DNA of 64,000 nucleotides from positions 1 to 64,000 of the forward strand of contig CAWDSQ010000013.1 of assembly GCA_963804955.1 (NCBI GenBank), given 5' to 3'. Position numbers and translations under genes: made by a program. This document shows, in pieces, positions 1 to 9,428 of this stretch. Positions within the stretch are counted from its first letter, which is position 1, and every line of letters starts with the position of its first letter. The notes beneath the pieces are model-generated. The model was not told the DNA's origin. It ran no database searches and saw only the letters and a program-made list of their open reading frames with translations. This DNA comes from an uncultured delta proteobacterium (GTDB lineage: Bacteria > Desulfobacterota > WTBG01 > CAIYCZ01 > CAIRTM01).

Positions 1-211
1 TCGACCATTCTGTGCCGTTAAAATGAAGAATAGTTCCGACTTGTCCCACGGCAAACACATCACTGGCTGAACTGCCCCAGACACCATTAAGCTGGTTGGT
101 TGTTGGGCTGTCCATCAGGCGCCAGCTGAGCGCATGAGCCTGGTTTGCTGACAGGATAAAGATAAAAAAAGCAGCTGCTGACAAAAATTTTTTCATCATT
201 GTTTTTTTCAT
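1..211 (-). CDS. Secreted beta-propeller (WD40/YVTN/BNR-like) protein, N-terminal part; runs off the window
   Basis: Manual translation MKKTMMKKFLSAAAFFIFILSANQAHA-LSWRLMDSPTTNQLNGVWGSSASDVFAVGQVGTILHFNGTEWS; signal peptide plus LxGVWGxxxxDVFAVGxxGTIL blade, also seen in 38880..41507. Confidence 0.8.
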   Translation of the reverse strand, partial: MKKTMMKKFLSAAAFFIFILSANQAHALSWRLMDSPTTNQLNGVWGSSASDVFAVGQVGTILHFNGTEWS

Positions 212-305
212 AGATCTCTCTCAAACGATTTACATGTTCAAAAAAAAACGAGATGACTCGTTCTATGTTTTATATAAAGAATAAAAATTTTTTGTCAATA
301 ATAAT

Positions 306-340
306 AAAAAAAGGCGGAACCGTTGTCAATTCCGCCTTTT
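306..340 (-). terminator. Rho-independent terminator after the DUF1566 gene
   Basis: AAAAAAAGGCGGAA-ccgttgtcaa-TTCCGCCTTTT hairpin with T-runs on both strands. Confidence 0.75.
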
Positions 341-356
341 GTTTCAGATTATTTTT

Positions 357-1976
357 CTACTCAACTGAAACCCCCAGCCACTGCAGCAGCCAGCCGGATT
401 CAAGGCCGCGCACAATGAAATCAATATCCATCCCCAGCTTAATGCCTGCCCTAGCCTGCAGGTCGATTAAAAACCCGTGCATCTCAAACAGCTCATCTTC
501 CGCTATGGTGGCAGTGCCCTGCCGCAGAAGCCTGCCCACAACGGGCATAGTGCCGCGGGTGATGCGGTTGAAACGGTAGCGCAACCGGCGGTTGTCACGC
601 AGAATATCGCTTATTTCATCCATGTTCTGATAATACATCGAAGCGATGACGGCTCCGATGGCTGTGTCAATCTGAGAGTCGCGCAACTGCCGGAGAGGCT
701 GAACACCCGGTGCGCCTGCTTCAGAACCTCTGAAAGGGCAGTTCTTTATAGTTGTGGTTGTCGAACCAACTGTTGTCGTCGTTGTGCTGCCGCCGGCAGT
801 TGTTGTCGTTGTGGTCGGCACGGTTGTTATTGGTACTGTTGTGGTTGGCACTGTTGTGGTTGGTACTGTTGTGGTCGGTACTGTTGTGGTCGAAGGTAAG
901 CTGCCGATGGTGCGCACGGCACGGACATGCTGAAGCAGTTTTTTACTTACACCAGAAGAATAGCCGTGCTCAAACCACACCACAAAAGCCTCTGCCGGAT
1001 TAGGCAATTTGGTTGTCGATGACCAGAACAGACTCGAGGGAGTATCGGGAAAGTACGTAATATTAATAGATGGATTATGCCGGGTATAATCCACAATCAA
1101 GTGCAACTCATTTCTATCGGGAAGCCGCCAGTCCGTATACCCGCCAAGATCCAAACTCTCACAGTAGGCAAGAGCCTCCTGCCAGTTTTTGTCCGGCACG
1201 CTGGTTTTCTGCCACATAAGGCCGAAAGTCGTATCGCTAACCGTATCGTCGCCATTGTCGGCAAAGCTGTTTGCGGTCTGCGTGCCGCGCACAGCAAGAG
1301 CATAAACCGACGGATATGACTTGGCAAGATTACCGATTTCACCATCAAGAAAAAAAACACCCCAGGCATTTGCATTAGTGAATTCCCAGGTGGTTGACGA
1401 CCAGTAAGCATCTGATTTTATTGAAGGGAAATAATCAGGATCAAGCATGGTGCTGGAAAAATCGGCATCGATAAGTGCCGCCAACTCTTTCACCGTGGAC
1501 TGCCGCCAATCGTCATACCCGCCGAAATCGGCCCCGTTCAGCGCGGCAAGAAAGTCCTCGGTATCGGTGCCGTCGCCCGGGGTGCCCGCATTGCCGCCAT
1601 TGGTAAGGGGGTCGCTGTCATACCAGGTATAAGTATTGTCTGGGTCATGAGGGTCATTATAGTTTTTAGTGCTGTCAGCGCTGACTTTATTTTCCCAGAT
1701 AAGGCCGGTCACCTCATCGCGCACCATGGACCAGGAGACTGCAGATGCCGGAAGCGCTGCACCGGTTGCATCGAGCTTGGTATAGGAATGGGGATGCGCG
1801 GCGTACTGGGCATCCTGGCCGTAAAACGGCTGACCTGGCTGCGGGCAGGCAATGTCTGTAGTGTTATCGTAGCAGATGCTTTGCCCCGTGTCAGGCACGA
1901 AAGCGGCGCTGGCGCTGGAAGAAAAACACAATAACAGACAGACGAGGCCACTGATCAAGCAAAAAAAAGTTTTCAT
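357..1976 (-). CDS. Secreted DUF1566 (Lcl C-terminal) domain protein with Thr-rich linker and Cys/LRxxRD/YY C-terminal domain
   Basis: Signal peptide; PDTGQ..CY..GQDAQY; two DUF1566 units (DxxTGLxW, GGYxDWRLP, YWSST, VRAVR); PTTTV repeats. Confidence 0.85.
   Translation of the reverse strand: MKTFFCLISGLVCLLLCFSSSASAAFVPDTGQSICYDNTTDIACPQPGQPFYGQDAQYAAHPHSYTKLDATGAALPASAVSWSMVRDEVTGLIWENKVSADSTKNYNDPHDPDNTYTWYDSDPLTNGGNAGTPGDGTDTEDFLAALNGADFGGYDDWRQSTVKELAALIDADFSSTMLDPDYFPSIKSDAYWSSTTWEFTNANAWGVFFLDGEIGNLAKSYPSVYALAVRGTQTANSFADNGDDTVSDTTFGLMWQKTSVPDKNWQEALAYCESLDLGGYTDWRLPDRNELHLIVDYTRHNPSINITYFPDTPSSLFWSSTTKLPNPAEAFVVWFEHGYSSGVSKKLLQHVRAVRTIGSLPSTTTVPTTTVPTTTVPTTTVPITTVPTTTTTTAGGSTTTTTVGSTTTTIKNCPFRGSEAGAPGVQPLRQLRDSQIDTAIGAVIASMYYQNMDEISDILRDNRRLRYRFNRITRGTMPVVGRLLRQGTATIAEDELFEMHGFLIDLQARAGIKLGMDIDFIVRGLESGWLLQWLGVSVE
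817..891 (-). repeat. Five 15-bp tandem repeats encoding a (TTTVP)n linker
   Basis: GG(C/T)AC(T/G)GTTGT(G/T)(G/A)T(T/C) x5 seen directly. Confidence 0.9.
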
Positions 1977-2182
1977 AGGCTCCTCACTTTTTCAGCATAT
2001 TCAGCTGATGTTTTCTGTAAAACTCCACACAGGTAACGGTAAACAACAAAAACACGCAAGCTATAATGATTTACTTTATTATACACGGTTAAACCGAAAT
2101 TTTCAAACACCCCGCATTTCAAGTTTCCGCATATATCCACTGAATGTTGCGCAGACAGGCAATCTCGTGTAACATCCAGAAC

Positions 2183-3289
2183 ATGAACACCCATGCCGAC
2201 CGCATACCGCTGATCGACGGATTCAAGGCGATTGCATCACACTTAATCGTCCTGCACCATCTGGCGGCCTACGGACCGCTTGCTCTTGCAGCGCATGAAA
2301 TCGCTCCTAACATTATCAACTGGCTCTACGGCTACGGGCGCATTGCCGTACAGGTGTTTCTGGTGCTCGGCGGTTTTCTGGCGGCGCGAAGTCTTTCTCC
2401 CGACGGCGGAGCGCTTGGGGTATCGCCGCTTGGCCTGATCTGGAAGCGCTACCGGCGGCTGGCGCTCCCCAACATCGCCGCAATCTGTCTGGCTATTGCC
2501 TGCTCAGCACTTGCGGGCTGCTGGATGAATGATGAGTCCATTCAGGCCAGCGCCACATTCAATCAATGGCTGGCCCATGTCTTCCTGCTGCAGGACCTCC
2601 TCGGTTATGAGTCGCTGTCGGCAGGCATCTGGTACGTTGCCATTGATTTCCAATCGTTCTCACTCATGGCTCTGCTGCTCTGGCTTGGCCGCGTCAGGCC
2701 CGTCGCCCCGATGCTGGTCCTGAGCATAGGGCTCTGCTCTCTGTTCTGGTTTAACCGCGACGCCGTCTGGGACAACTGGGCGCTTTATTTTTTCGGCTCT
2801 TACGGACTGGGCGCCGCTGCCTGGTGGGCTTCGGACCGCAAGCAGGCTTCAGCCTGGCTGGGTGTGATGGCCGCTGTTGCGGGAACTGCTCTGATAGTTG
2901 ATTTCCGCCTGCGCATTGCGGTTGCTCTGGCGGTGGCACTGGTGCTGGGCTTCAGCCGCCGCAGCGGACTGCTGGAACACTATCGAAACACCGGGGTGCT
3001 TGCCTTCCTGGGCCGGATTTCATACTCGGTTTTTCTCGTTCATTTCCCGATTTCACTGATCGTCAATGCGCTGTTTGTACGCTTCGGCCTCCTGGCCCCG
3101 GTTGCCGCACTTTTCGGGATGCTGGCGTCATGGGCCGCAAGCATCGCCGCTGCCGCGCTTTTTTACCGCTGGATCGAAAACCCTTCCACCAACCGGCGCA
3201 TTACCGGCGAGTTTGGTTTGCTCTTCGGCAAAACGCTCAAATATGCACGTAAAGCACCATGGCTTGCCGGCTTTTTAAATAGAGAATAA
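2183..3289 (+). CDS. Acyltransferase family 3 (OafA-like) membrane protein
   Basis: IDGFKAIAS..IVLHH, AVQVFLVLGGFL, WYVAIDFQ, FLGRISYSVFLVHFP, YRWIENP motifs; multiple TM segments. Confidence 0.85.
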   Translation: MNTHADRIPLIDGFKAIASHLIVLHHLAAYGPLALAAHEIAPNIINWLYGYGRIAVQVFLVLGGFLAARSLSPDGGALGVSPLGLIWKRYRRLALPNIAAICLAIACSALAGCWMNDESIQASATFNQWLAHVFLLQDLLGYESLSAGIWYVAIDFQSFSLMALLLWLGRVRPVAPMLVLSIGLCSLFWFNRDAVWDNWALYFFGSYGLGAAAWWASDRKQASAWLGVMAAVAGTALIVDFRLRIAVALAVALVLGFSRRSGLLEHYRNTGVLAFLGRISYSVFLVHFPISLIVNALFVRFGLLAPVAALFGMLASWAASIAAAALFYRWIENPSTNRRITGEFGLLFGKTLKYARKAPWLAGFLNRE

Positions 3290-3361
3290 ATTTTTTCCAA
3301 TAACCAATAACATTGAAAAAAATATAAAATTGAAGTATTGCATTTGCACTCCACAAATCAC

Positions 3362-3390
3362 TTGCAAAATAACGGCGAAAAAGCTATGAA
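3362..3390 (+). promoter_or_regulatory. Putative sigma70 promoter of tRNA-Arg
   Basis: TTGCAA-17 nt-TATGAA just upstream of the tRNA. Confidence 0.45.
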
Positions 3391-3412
3391 ATGAGTCCGT
3401 TTCACACCATAA

Positions 3413-3486
3413 GTCCCCGTAGCTCAGCAGGATAGAGCGATTCCCTCCTAAGGAATAGGTCGCACGTTCGACTCGTGTCGGGGACG
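3413..3486 (+). tRNA. tRNA-Arg (anticodon CCT), CCA not encoded
   Basis: Cloverleaf: GTCCCCG/CGGGGAC acceptor, GCTC/GAGC D-stem, ATTCC-CTCCTAA-GGAAT anticodon arm, GCACG-TTCGACT-CGTGT T-arm. Confidence 0.96.
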
Positions 3487-3496
3487 TAAGTAAATT

Positions 3497-3528
3497 AAAG
3501 CACTTAGAACTTTCTAAGTGCTTTTTTT
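3497..3528 (+). terminator. Rho-independent terminator after tRNA-Arg
   Basis: AAAGCACTTAGAA-ct-TTCTAAGTGCTTT followed by a T-run. Confidence 0.8.
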
Positions 3529-3994
3529 GTTGCCCTGATGCAGAAAAGTTACCAAAAAGTTACCATACTTTTTTAGTGGATTAATTTTTATGTGTAGCAG
3601 CCAGTACTTCGTACTACACTCACAGAAATTAGATTTAACTTAATCTGACAGAGAAAAGATTACTTTTGATAATGTGGAATAGTCAAGGCATGGGCCGCAT
3701 TCCATATTAAGAGCCGTAGTGTGGAGTTTTGAAGGCCAAGCAGGGACACAAGATATGGTATGAGCTATCCTTCCTGGAATAAATTAAAGCCGGTTGCTTG
3801 AAACTATCATGGTCAGTAGATATTGTGTTAAGCGCTGCATTATTTCTTTATTAAAACCTCCAAATAAACCGACTCTTGACCCAATCAATCAAGAATAAAA
3901 ATTATAGTCTGTTACCTCTCAGTCCTGCGTCCGCCTTCGATCCATAATCATTAATTTTTAAAAAAAAGCCTTTGTTAGTGCTATATTGTAAATA

Positions 3995-4154
3995 GTGTCT
4001 GAACGAAAACCCTGAATCATAAATTTGTTGGGTTCGCCCTTATGACAGTGCTTTTTCTAAGCATTTGTTTTTGCGGTTGGGTTGAGGTACGAAACCCAGC
4101 GGGTTCTTTCGGGCTTAAACCAACCTACAAAAAAATGACTTTTCGTTCAGGCGC
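3995..4154. mobile_element. 160-bp non-autonomous MITE-like element containing a REP-like sequence
   Basis: 15-bp terminal inverted repeats GTGTCTGAACGAAAA / TTTTCGTTCAGGCGC (13/15 match) flanked by TAAATA direct repeats (3989-3994, 4155-4160). Confidence 0.75.
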
Positions 4155-4401
4155 TAAATATAAAAAAACAGGGTGTAATGTTAATTGCTGAGAGAGCAAA
4201 TTAGCAAGCAGCAAGGCGTGCCTGCCTTCACTTTGCACGGTAACCCCTTGTTTTTTTTTAAAAAGCTTTCACTCTTGCTTGATGCAGGAATGATGGCCGG
4301 TATGCACTGTGTTGAATGTTTCGCAGCTTTTGCAGGCCTTTACAAATAAGCGCATAATGCCCAATTAATCGGAGTTTTTTTAAAAAGGAGGGAGAATAAC
4401 C

Positions 4402-5670
4402 ATGTTGCATCACACAAGAAAAAGAGTCACTTTAGTGTTTTTTCTTCTCGGCATCTGTGCTGCTGCCAGTGCCTTGACAGGATCTTTTGCCTTTGCGGAT
4501 ACTTTTGAGTTTGTTTTAAAGTGGGGCACGGCAGGGTCAGGGGATAAAGAGTTCAATAATCCGGATGGGATCGATAATTATGACATGCACATTTACGTAA
4601 CAGACCAAAACAATAACAGAGTGCAGAAGTTCTCGTTGACCGGAACATTTGAGGCCGTGTTATCTGACGGCGCAACATATAATAGCCCTGCCGGCATATT
4701 CGGTGATGCCGGAAATTACAGGCTCTATGTCGCCGACAAGGACAATAATCAGATTCAAAAACTTTATCTCAACGGTTCTGTTATTGGATCATGGGGCTCT
4801 TCGGGTTCAGGAAACGGTCAGTTTAATCATCCTTATGGTGTAGCCAGAATGCCTCCTATCAGCGGTCCATACCAGGGTAAAGTATACGTAACCGATACCG
4901 ACAATAACCGGATACAGACATTCTTATTGTCACCCGATGGAAAGACCGCTAGTTTTTATAGCACATGGGGCTCTTCGGGTTCAGGAAACGGTCAGTTTAA
5001 TTCCCCTCGCGGTATAGCAATCGAAAAAACAGGGTTTGTATATATAGCTGATTATAATAACAACAGGGTGCAAAAATTCAGCCCCGATGGAACTTTTCTT
5101 ACTGCATGGGGTTCGCCGGGTTCAGGAAACGGTCAGTTCGATGGACCGTATAACATGACCATAGACGAGAACGGAGCAGTGTATGTAACGGACACCCAAA
5201 ATCACCGGGTTCAGAAGTTCGACGCCAACGGCGGGTTTATCGGTGCATGGGGCTCATATGGAACAGGCGATGGGCAGTTCAACTCACCCAAGGGCATTTA
5301 CGTTCGTAATAATAGCGCCACGTCGGCGTATGTATTTGTAGTGGACAGCGGCAACAATCGCATCCAGAAGTTCCTTGTAACGACCGGCACGGGCACAACC
5401 ACCACGACGACGCCCGACAATACCACCACCACAACAACGACCGTGCTATGCCCCGCTCAAAAGGTTTTGGGAGATGATAACCCTGACCTTGAAAATTTGC
5501 GCCTCTTTCGTGACAGCACCCTTGCCCAAAGCGCAGTTGGCCGGAAGTTAATCCAAATATATTACCACAATGCTGACAGCATCGATGCAGCTCTCGATCG
5601 CAGTCCAGCCTTAAGAACTTTGACAAAACGGGTTCTTGAAACAATTGCCCCGATGGTGGGTAAGAACTAA
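4402..5670 (+). CDS. Secreted NHL-repeat (6-bladed beta-propeller) protein with Thr linker and Cys/LRxFRD/YY C-terminal domain
   Basis: Repeated WGSSGSGNGQFNxPxG...YVTDxxNNRIQKF units; GGAGG RBS; signal peptide. Confidence 0.9.
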   Translation: MLHHTRKRVTLVFFLLGICAAASALTGSFAFADTFEFVLKWGTAGSGDKEFNNPDGIDNYDMHIYVTDQNNNRVQKFSLTGTFEAVLSDGATYNSPAGIFGDAGNYRLYVADKDNNQIQKLYLNGSVIGSWGSSGSGNGQFNHPYGVARMPPISGPYQGKVYVTDTDNNRIQTFLLSPDGKTASFYSTWGSSGSGNGQFNSPRGIAIEKTGFVYIADYNNNRVQKFSPDGTFLTAWGSPGSGNGQFDGPYNMTIDENGAVYVTDTQNHRVQKFDANGGFIGAWGSYGTGDGQFNSPKGIYVRNNSATSAYVFVVDSGNNRIQKFLVTTGTGTTTTTTPDNTTTTTTTVLCPAQKVLGDDNPDLENLRLFRDSTLAQSAVGRKLIQIYYHNADSIDAALDRSPALRTLTKRVLETIAPMVGKN

Positions 5671-5688
5671 AACTGAAACGGAGTCATC

Positions 5689-5730
5689 AAGAAGGCCTAA
5701 CTACTAGTATATAGTGGTTGGGCCTTTTCT
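5689..5730 (+). terminator. Rho-independent terminator after the NHL gene
   Basis: AAGGCCTAACTACTA...TAGTGGTTGGGCCTTTT hairpin. Confidence 0.7.
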
Positions 5731-5972
5731 TGAAAAAGCCACCACTACGTGTCATCGACTTGAACTCAGCACAACACCGGATTTTTCCATGATACTTTTG
5801 GTAATGTTGTCACTGCCCGATTAAATCAAAATCACCTATTGAAAATACCGCTTCAAATCCAGATTTCAACATTTTACGCCTCTGCTGCACTGGCAGTCTG
5901 CACCTTTTCAAATATGGTAATCAAGCATCGCTGGCCTGCTGGTTAGTTAAATTGTCTAACTTGATAATTTCC

Positions 5973-6001
5973 TTGACAAAATTTAAATTGATTGGTATCA
6001 A
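5973..6001 (+). promoter_or_regulatory. Sigma70 promoter for tRNA-Val/thrS
   Basis: TTGACA-17 nt-TATCAA with TG extended -10, 17 nt before the tRNA. Confidence 0.65.
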
Positions 6002-6018
6002 TTCATGTCTTATTCAGT

Positions 6019-6093
6019 AGGCGCGTAGCTCAGCGGGAGAGCGCTACCTTGACACGGTAGAGGTCGGCGGTTCGAAACCGCCCGCGCCTACCA
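6019..6093 (+). tRNA. tRNA-Val (anticodon GAC)
   Basis: AGGCGCG/CGCGCCT acceptor, CTACC-TTGACAC-GGTAG anticodon arm, GGTTCGAAA T-loop, encoded CCA. Confidence 0.97.
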
Positions 6094-6191
6094 CGTACTT
6101 CTCAATGCCTTAGCCGCAAAGCGCAGAGAAACCGTGACGGCATCATGAAGCAGTTTGTGGTGCCTTTTTAGCATTTCAAGAAGCAACCACT

Positions 6192-8105
6192 ATGGCAGAT
6201 GTAACAATAACGCTACCCGACGGAACAAAAAAGACCGCAGCAGCAGGCACGACGCTTCAGGCTGTTGCCGGTGAGCTCAAGCTCCCGTTCAAGCCTGCGG
6301 CTGCCGAACTTGACGGACTGGCTGTCGATCTGAGCGCACACATGGCAGAAGACTGCTGTGTCTCCTTCATCCGGCCCGACTCCGTGCAGGGGCTCGATAT
6401 TATCCGCCACAGCACCTCCCATGTGATGGCCCAGGCCGTTCAGGAGCTGTATCCCGGCGTGAAGGTTACCATCGGCCCCTCCATTGAAGACGGCTTTTAC
6501 TACGATTTCGACTACGACGGCACCTTCAGCCCCGAAGATCTCGAAAAAATAGAAAAAAAGATGGAAGAGATCGCCGGCCGCAATCTGCCTTTTGTCCGCA
6601 GGGAGCTCCCGAAGCAGGAAGCCATTGATTTCTTCAATAAGCTCGGCGAGAATTATAAGGTGGAAATCATCTCGGAAATACCCGCCGATACCGTATCACT
6701 CTATGAACAGGGCGGATTCACCGACCTGTGCCGCGGCCCGCATGTGCCCTCAACCGGCATGATCAAGGCCTTCAAACTCATCAGCACCGCGGGTGCCTAC
6801 TGGCGCGGCGATGAGCGCAACAAGATGCTGCAGCGCATTTACGGCACCGCTTTTGCCGACAAAAAGGCTCTGAAAGAGCATCTTGCCCGCATCGAAGAGG
6901 CAAAAAAGCGCGACCACCGCAGGCTCGGCAAAGAGCTTGACCTGTTCAGCATTTACGACGAAGCGGGCGCAGGCCTTATCGTCTATCATCCCAAAGGAGC
7001 CCTGGTTCGCCGCATTCTGGAGGATTTCGAGGTCCGGCAGCATCTCAAGCGCGGCTATGACATGGTCAAGGGCCCCCAGATACTGAAGCTCGACCTGTGG
7101 GAGCGCTCAGGCCATCTGCAAAACTACCTTGAAAACATGTATTTCACCGAGGTGGAAGGCAAAAAATACGGCCTGAAGCCCATGAACTGCCTGGCCCACA
7201 TGCTGATTTACCGCTCGCGCCTGCGGAGCTACAAGGATCTGCCCCTGCGGTATTTCGAGCTTGGCACGGTCAACCGGCATGAAAAATCGGGCGTGCTGCA
7301 CGGCCTGACGCGCGTTCGTGAATTCACCCAGGACGATGCCCATATCCTGTGCATGCCCGAGCAGCTGCACGGGGAAATTTCCGATATCATCACCTTTGTA
7401 AAAGATGTCATGGCCATGTTCGGCTTTGAATTCGAGGTTGAACTGAGCACGCGGCCCGCAAAATCAATCGGCGATGATCAGTCCTGGGATCTTGCCACTG
7501 CTGCCCTGCGGGAGGCCCTTGAATCAAACGGCCTGGCCTATGATGTCAATGAGGGCGACGGCGCCTTCTACGGCCCGAAAATCGACTTCAAGCTGCGCGA
7601 CTGCCTGAAGCGGTCATGGCAGTGCGCAACCATTCAGTGCGACTTTATCCTGCCCGAGCGCTTCGATCTGACCTATATCGGCGAAGACGGCGGCAAGCAC
7701 CGGCCCGTCATGCTGCACAGGGTCATCCTGGGCTCCATTGAGCGGTTCATGGGCATACTGATCGAACATTTTGCCGGCGCCTTCCCTGTCTGGCTGTCGC
7801 CGGTGCAGGCCGTGGTAATACCGATCTCGGACGCCCAGCACGAGTTTGCCCAGCAGGTGCTTGCAAGCCTGAGGGGCAATGACCTCCGGGCAGGCATCGA
7901 CCTGCGCAATGAAAGCCTCAACCTGAAAATCCGCGAAGCCCAGCTGCAGAAAACCCCCTTCATGCTGGTCGTGGGCAATAAGGAAATCGAACAGGGCGGC
8001 GTCGCCGTCAGACTCCGCTCCGGTGAAAACCTTGGCTTTATGCCGCTGCAGGCAGCGGTTCAAAAAATCAAGGATACCTGCGCAACCGAGCTGCAGGGCA
8101 TGTAG
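6192..8105 (+). CDS. thrS: Threonine--tRNA ligase
   Basis: [58 protein letters not shown]. Confidence 0.98.
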   Translation: MADVTITLPDGTKKTAAAGTTLQAVAGELKLPFKPAAAELDGLAVDLSAHMAEDCCVSFIRPDSVQGLDIIRHSTSHVMAQAVQELYPGVKVTIGPSIEDGFYYDFDYDGTFSPEDLEKIEKKMEEIAGRNLPFVRRELPKQEAIDFFNKLGENYKVEIISEIPADTVSLYEQGGFTDLCRGPHVPSTGMIKAFKLISTAGAYWRGDERNKMLQRIYGTAFADKKALKEHLARIEEAKKRDHRRLGKELDLFSIYDEAGAGLIVYHPKGALVRRILEDFEVRQHLKRGYDMVKGPQILKLDLWERSGHLQNYLENMYFTEVEGKKYGLKPMNCLAHMLIYRSRLRSYKDLPLRYFELGTVNRHEKSGVLHGLTRVREFTQDDAHILCMPEQLHGEISDIITFVKDVMAMFGFEFEVELSTRPAKSIGDDQSWDLATAALREALESNGLAYDVNEGDGAFYGPKIDFKLRDCLKRSWQCATIQCDFILPERFDLTYIGEDGGKHRPVMLHRVILGSIERFMGILIEHFAGAFPVWLSPVQAVVIPISDAQHEFAQQVLASLRGNDLRAGIDLRNESLNLKIREAQLQKTPFMLVVGNKEIEQGGVAVRLRSGENLGFMPLQAAVQKIKDTCATELQGM

Positions 8106-8131
8106 CATTAACCTGTAAGGAGGATCCGGAC

Positions 8132-8654
8132 ATAGAAAAACAGACCGACGGGCAAAGGATCAACAGCGCTATCAAGAGCCCCCGCGTCAGAGTCATTGAC
8201 GGGGAAGGCGAACAGCTGGGCATTCTCGAAACCAGGAAGGCAATTGAGCTGGCAGGCGAACAGGGCTATGACCTCGTTGAGGTGTCTCCGAATGTTGACC
8301 CGCCAGTGTGCCGTATGATGGATTACGGTAAGCACAAATACCAGCAGAGCAAAAAAACTCAAAAAAAAACGCACCATACGGTGCAGACCAAGGAAATCAA
8401 GCTTCGGCCATTTACCGGCGAGCATGATTTCGGGATAAAAATGCGACATGTGAGTGAGTTCCTGGAAAAGGGCGACAAGGTAAAAATTACCGTCGTTTTC
8501 CGCGGGACGGGAACTGCAGTTTAAAAAACAGGGCGAGGTGATGCTTGCAAAGGTAACCGAGGCGATCGGCGAACAGGGAAGCGTTGAAAAAAACGCAACC
8601 ATGGAAGGCCGCAGCATGATCATGATGATCAGCCCTAAAAAAACAACACCGTAA
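8132..8654 (+). CDS. infC: Translation initiation factor IF-3; ATA start; apparent +1 G indel near 8504-8506
   Basis: AGGAGG then ATA-GAA-AAA...; [48 protein letters not shown]...[12 protein letters not shown] continues in a shifted frame. Confidence 0.93.
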
Positions 8655-8683
8655 CAGAACCACCATCAGGAGATGTGATTTCC

Positions 8684-8881
8684 ATGCCGAAAATTAAAAC
8701 AAACAAAGCTGCCGCAAAACGTTTTACGGTGACCAAGACAGGCAAGGTCAGACGGGGAAAAGCATACAGGAGCCATATTCTCACGTCAAAGACGACGAAA
8801 AGAAAACGCAAACTGCGCAAAACCTCGACCATATCCGCCGTCGAGCAGCGCAATGTGCGCAGGCTGATTCCGTACGCATAA
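8684..8881 (+). CDS. rpmI: 50S ribosomal protein L35
   Basis: [26 protein letters not shown]. Confidence 0.97.
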   Translation: MPKIKTNKAAAKRFTVTKTGKVRRGKAYRSHILTSKTTKRKRKLRKTSTISAVEQRNVRRLIPYA

Positions 8882-8985
8882 TGCGGTAAGCTGCGCCGGC
8901 GTAAAATCTATCATCCGTTGGTTCAAGCACGGATCGGCCAGCAGTCATGAACATACTTATTAATTCTTACCAGTGAGGTTTAGCA

Positions 8986-9357
8986 ATGCCGCGAGTCAAA
9001 GGAGGATTTACTTTAAGAAGACGCAGGAACAGACTGTTCAAGCTCGCCAAGGGATACCGGGGCGTGCGGGGCAGACTGTACCGTATAGCCAGGGAAACCG
9101 TCGACAGGGCGCTCAACTATGCCTATCGCGACAGAAGGGTCAAAAAGCGCGAATTCCGTCAGCTCTGGATCGCCCGCATCAGCGCAGGCGCCCGCAGCCT
9201 GGACATTAACTACAGCCAGTTCATACTGGGCTTGAAACGCGCACATATCCTGCTGGACAGAAAGTCGCTGTCGGAGCTGGCTATTAATGATTTCAACGCG
9301 TTTACTGAGCTTGTAAAAATCGCCAAGGCAAATACGAATAAAACTGCCGCAGCCTGA
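8986..9357 (+). CDS. rplT: 50S ribosomal protein L20
   Basis: MPRVKGG..AKGYRG..YAYRDRRVKKREFRQLWIARI. Confidence 0.98.
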   Translation: MPRVKGGFTLRRRRNRLFKLAKGYRGVRGRLYRIARETVDRALNYAYRDRRVKKREFRQLWIARISAGARSLDINYSQFILGLKRAHILLDRKSLSELAINDFNAFTELVKIAKANTNKTAAA

Positions 9358-9428
9358 GGCGTAAAGCCGAAATAGTTCAACCTCACAGTATCCCTCCACC
9401 GCTTGATGGATACTGCTTTTTGCGAAAT

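Noticed and set aside
357..1976. Diversity-generating retroelement targeting the DUF1566 domains
   Set aside because: No reverse transcriptase and no template repeat differing only at adenines seen in the window
4780..5300. Repeated TGGGGCTCTTCGGGTTCAGGAAACGGTCAGTT DNA motif
   Set aside because: Explained by NHL protein repeats
8500..8530. Programmed frameshift in infC
   Set aside because: No canonical slippery heptamer at the break, and the same kind of indel occurs in many unrelated genes, so sequencing error is more likely
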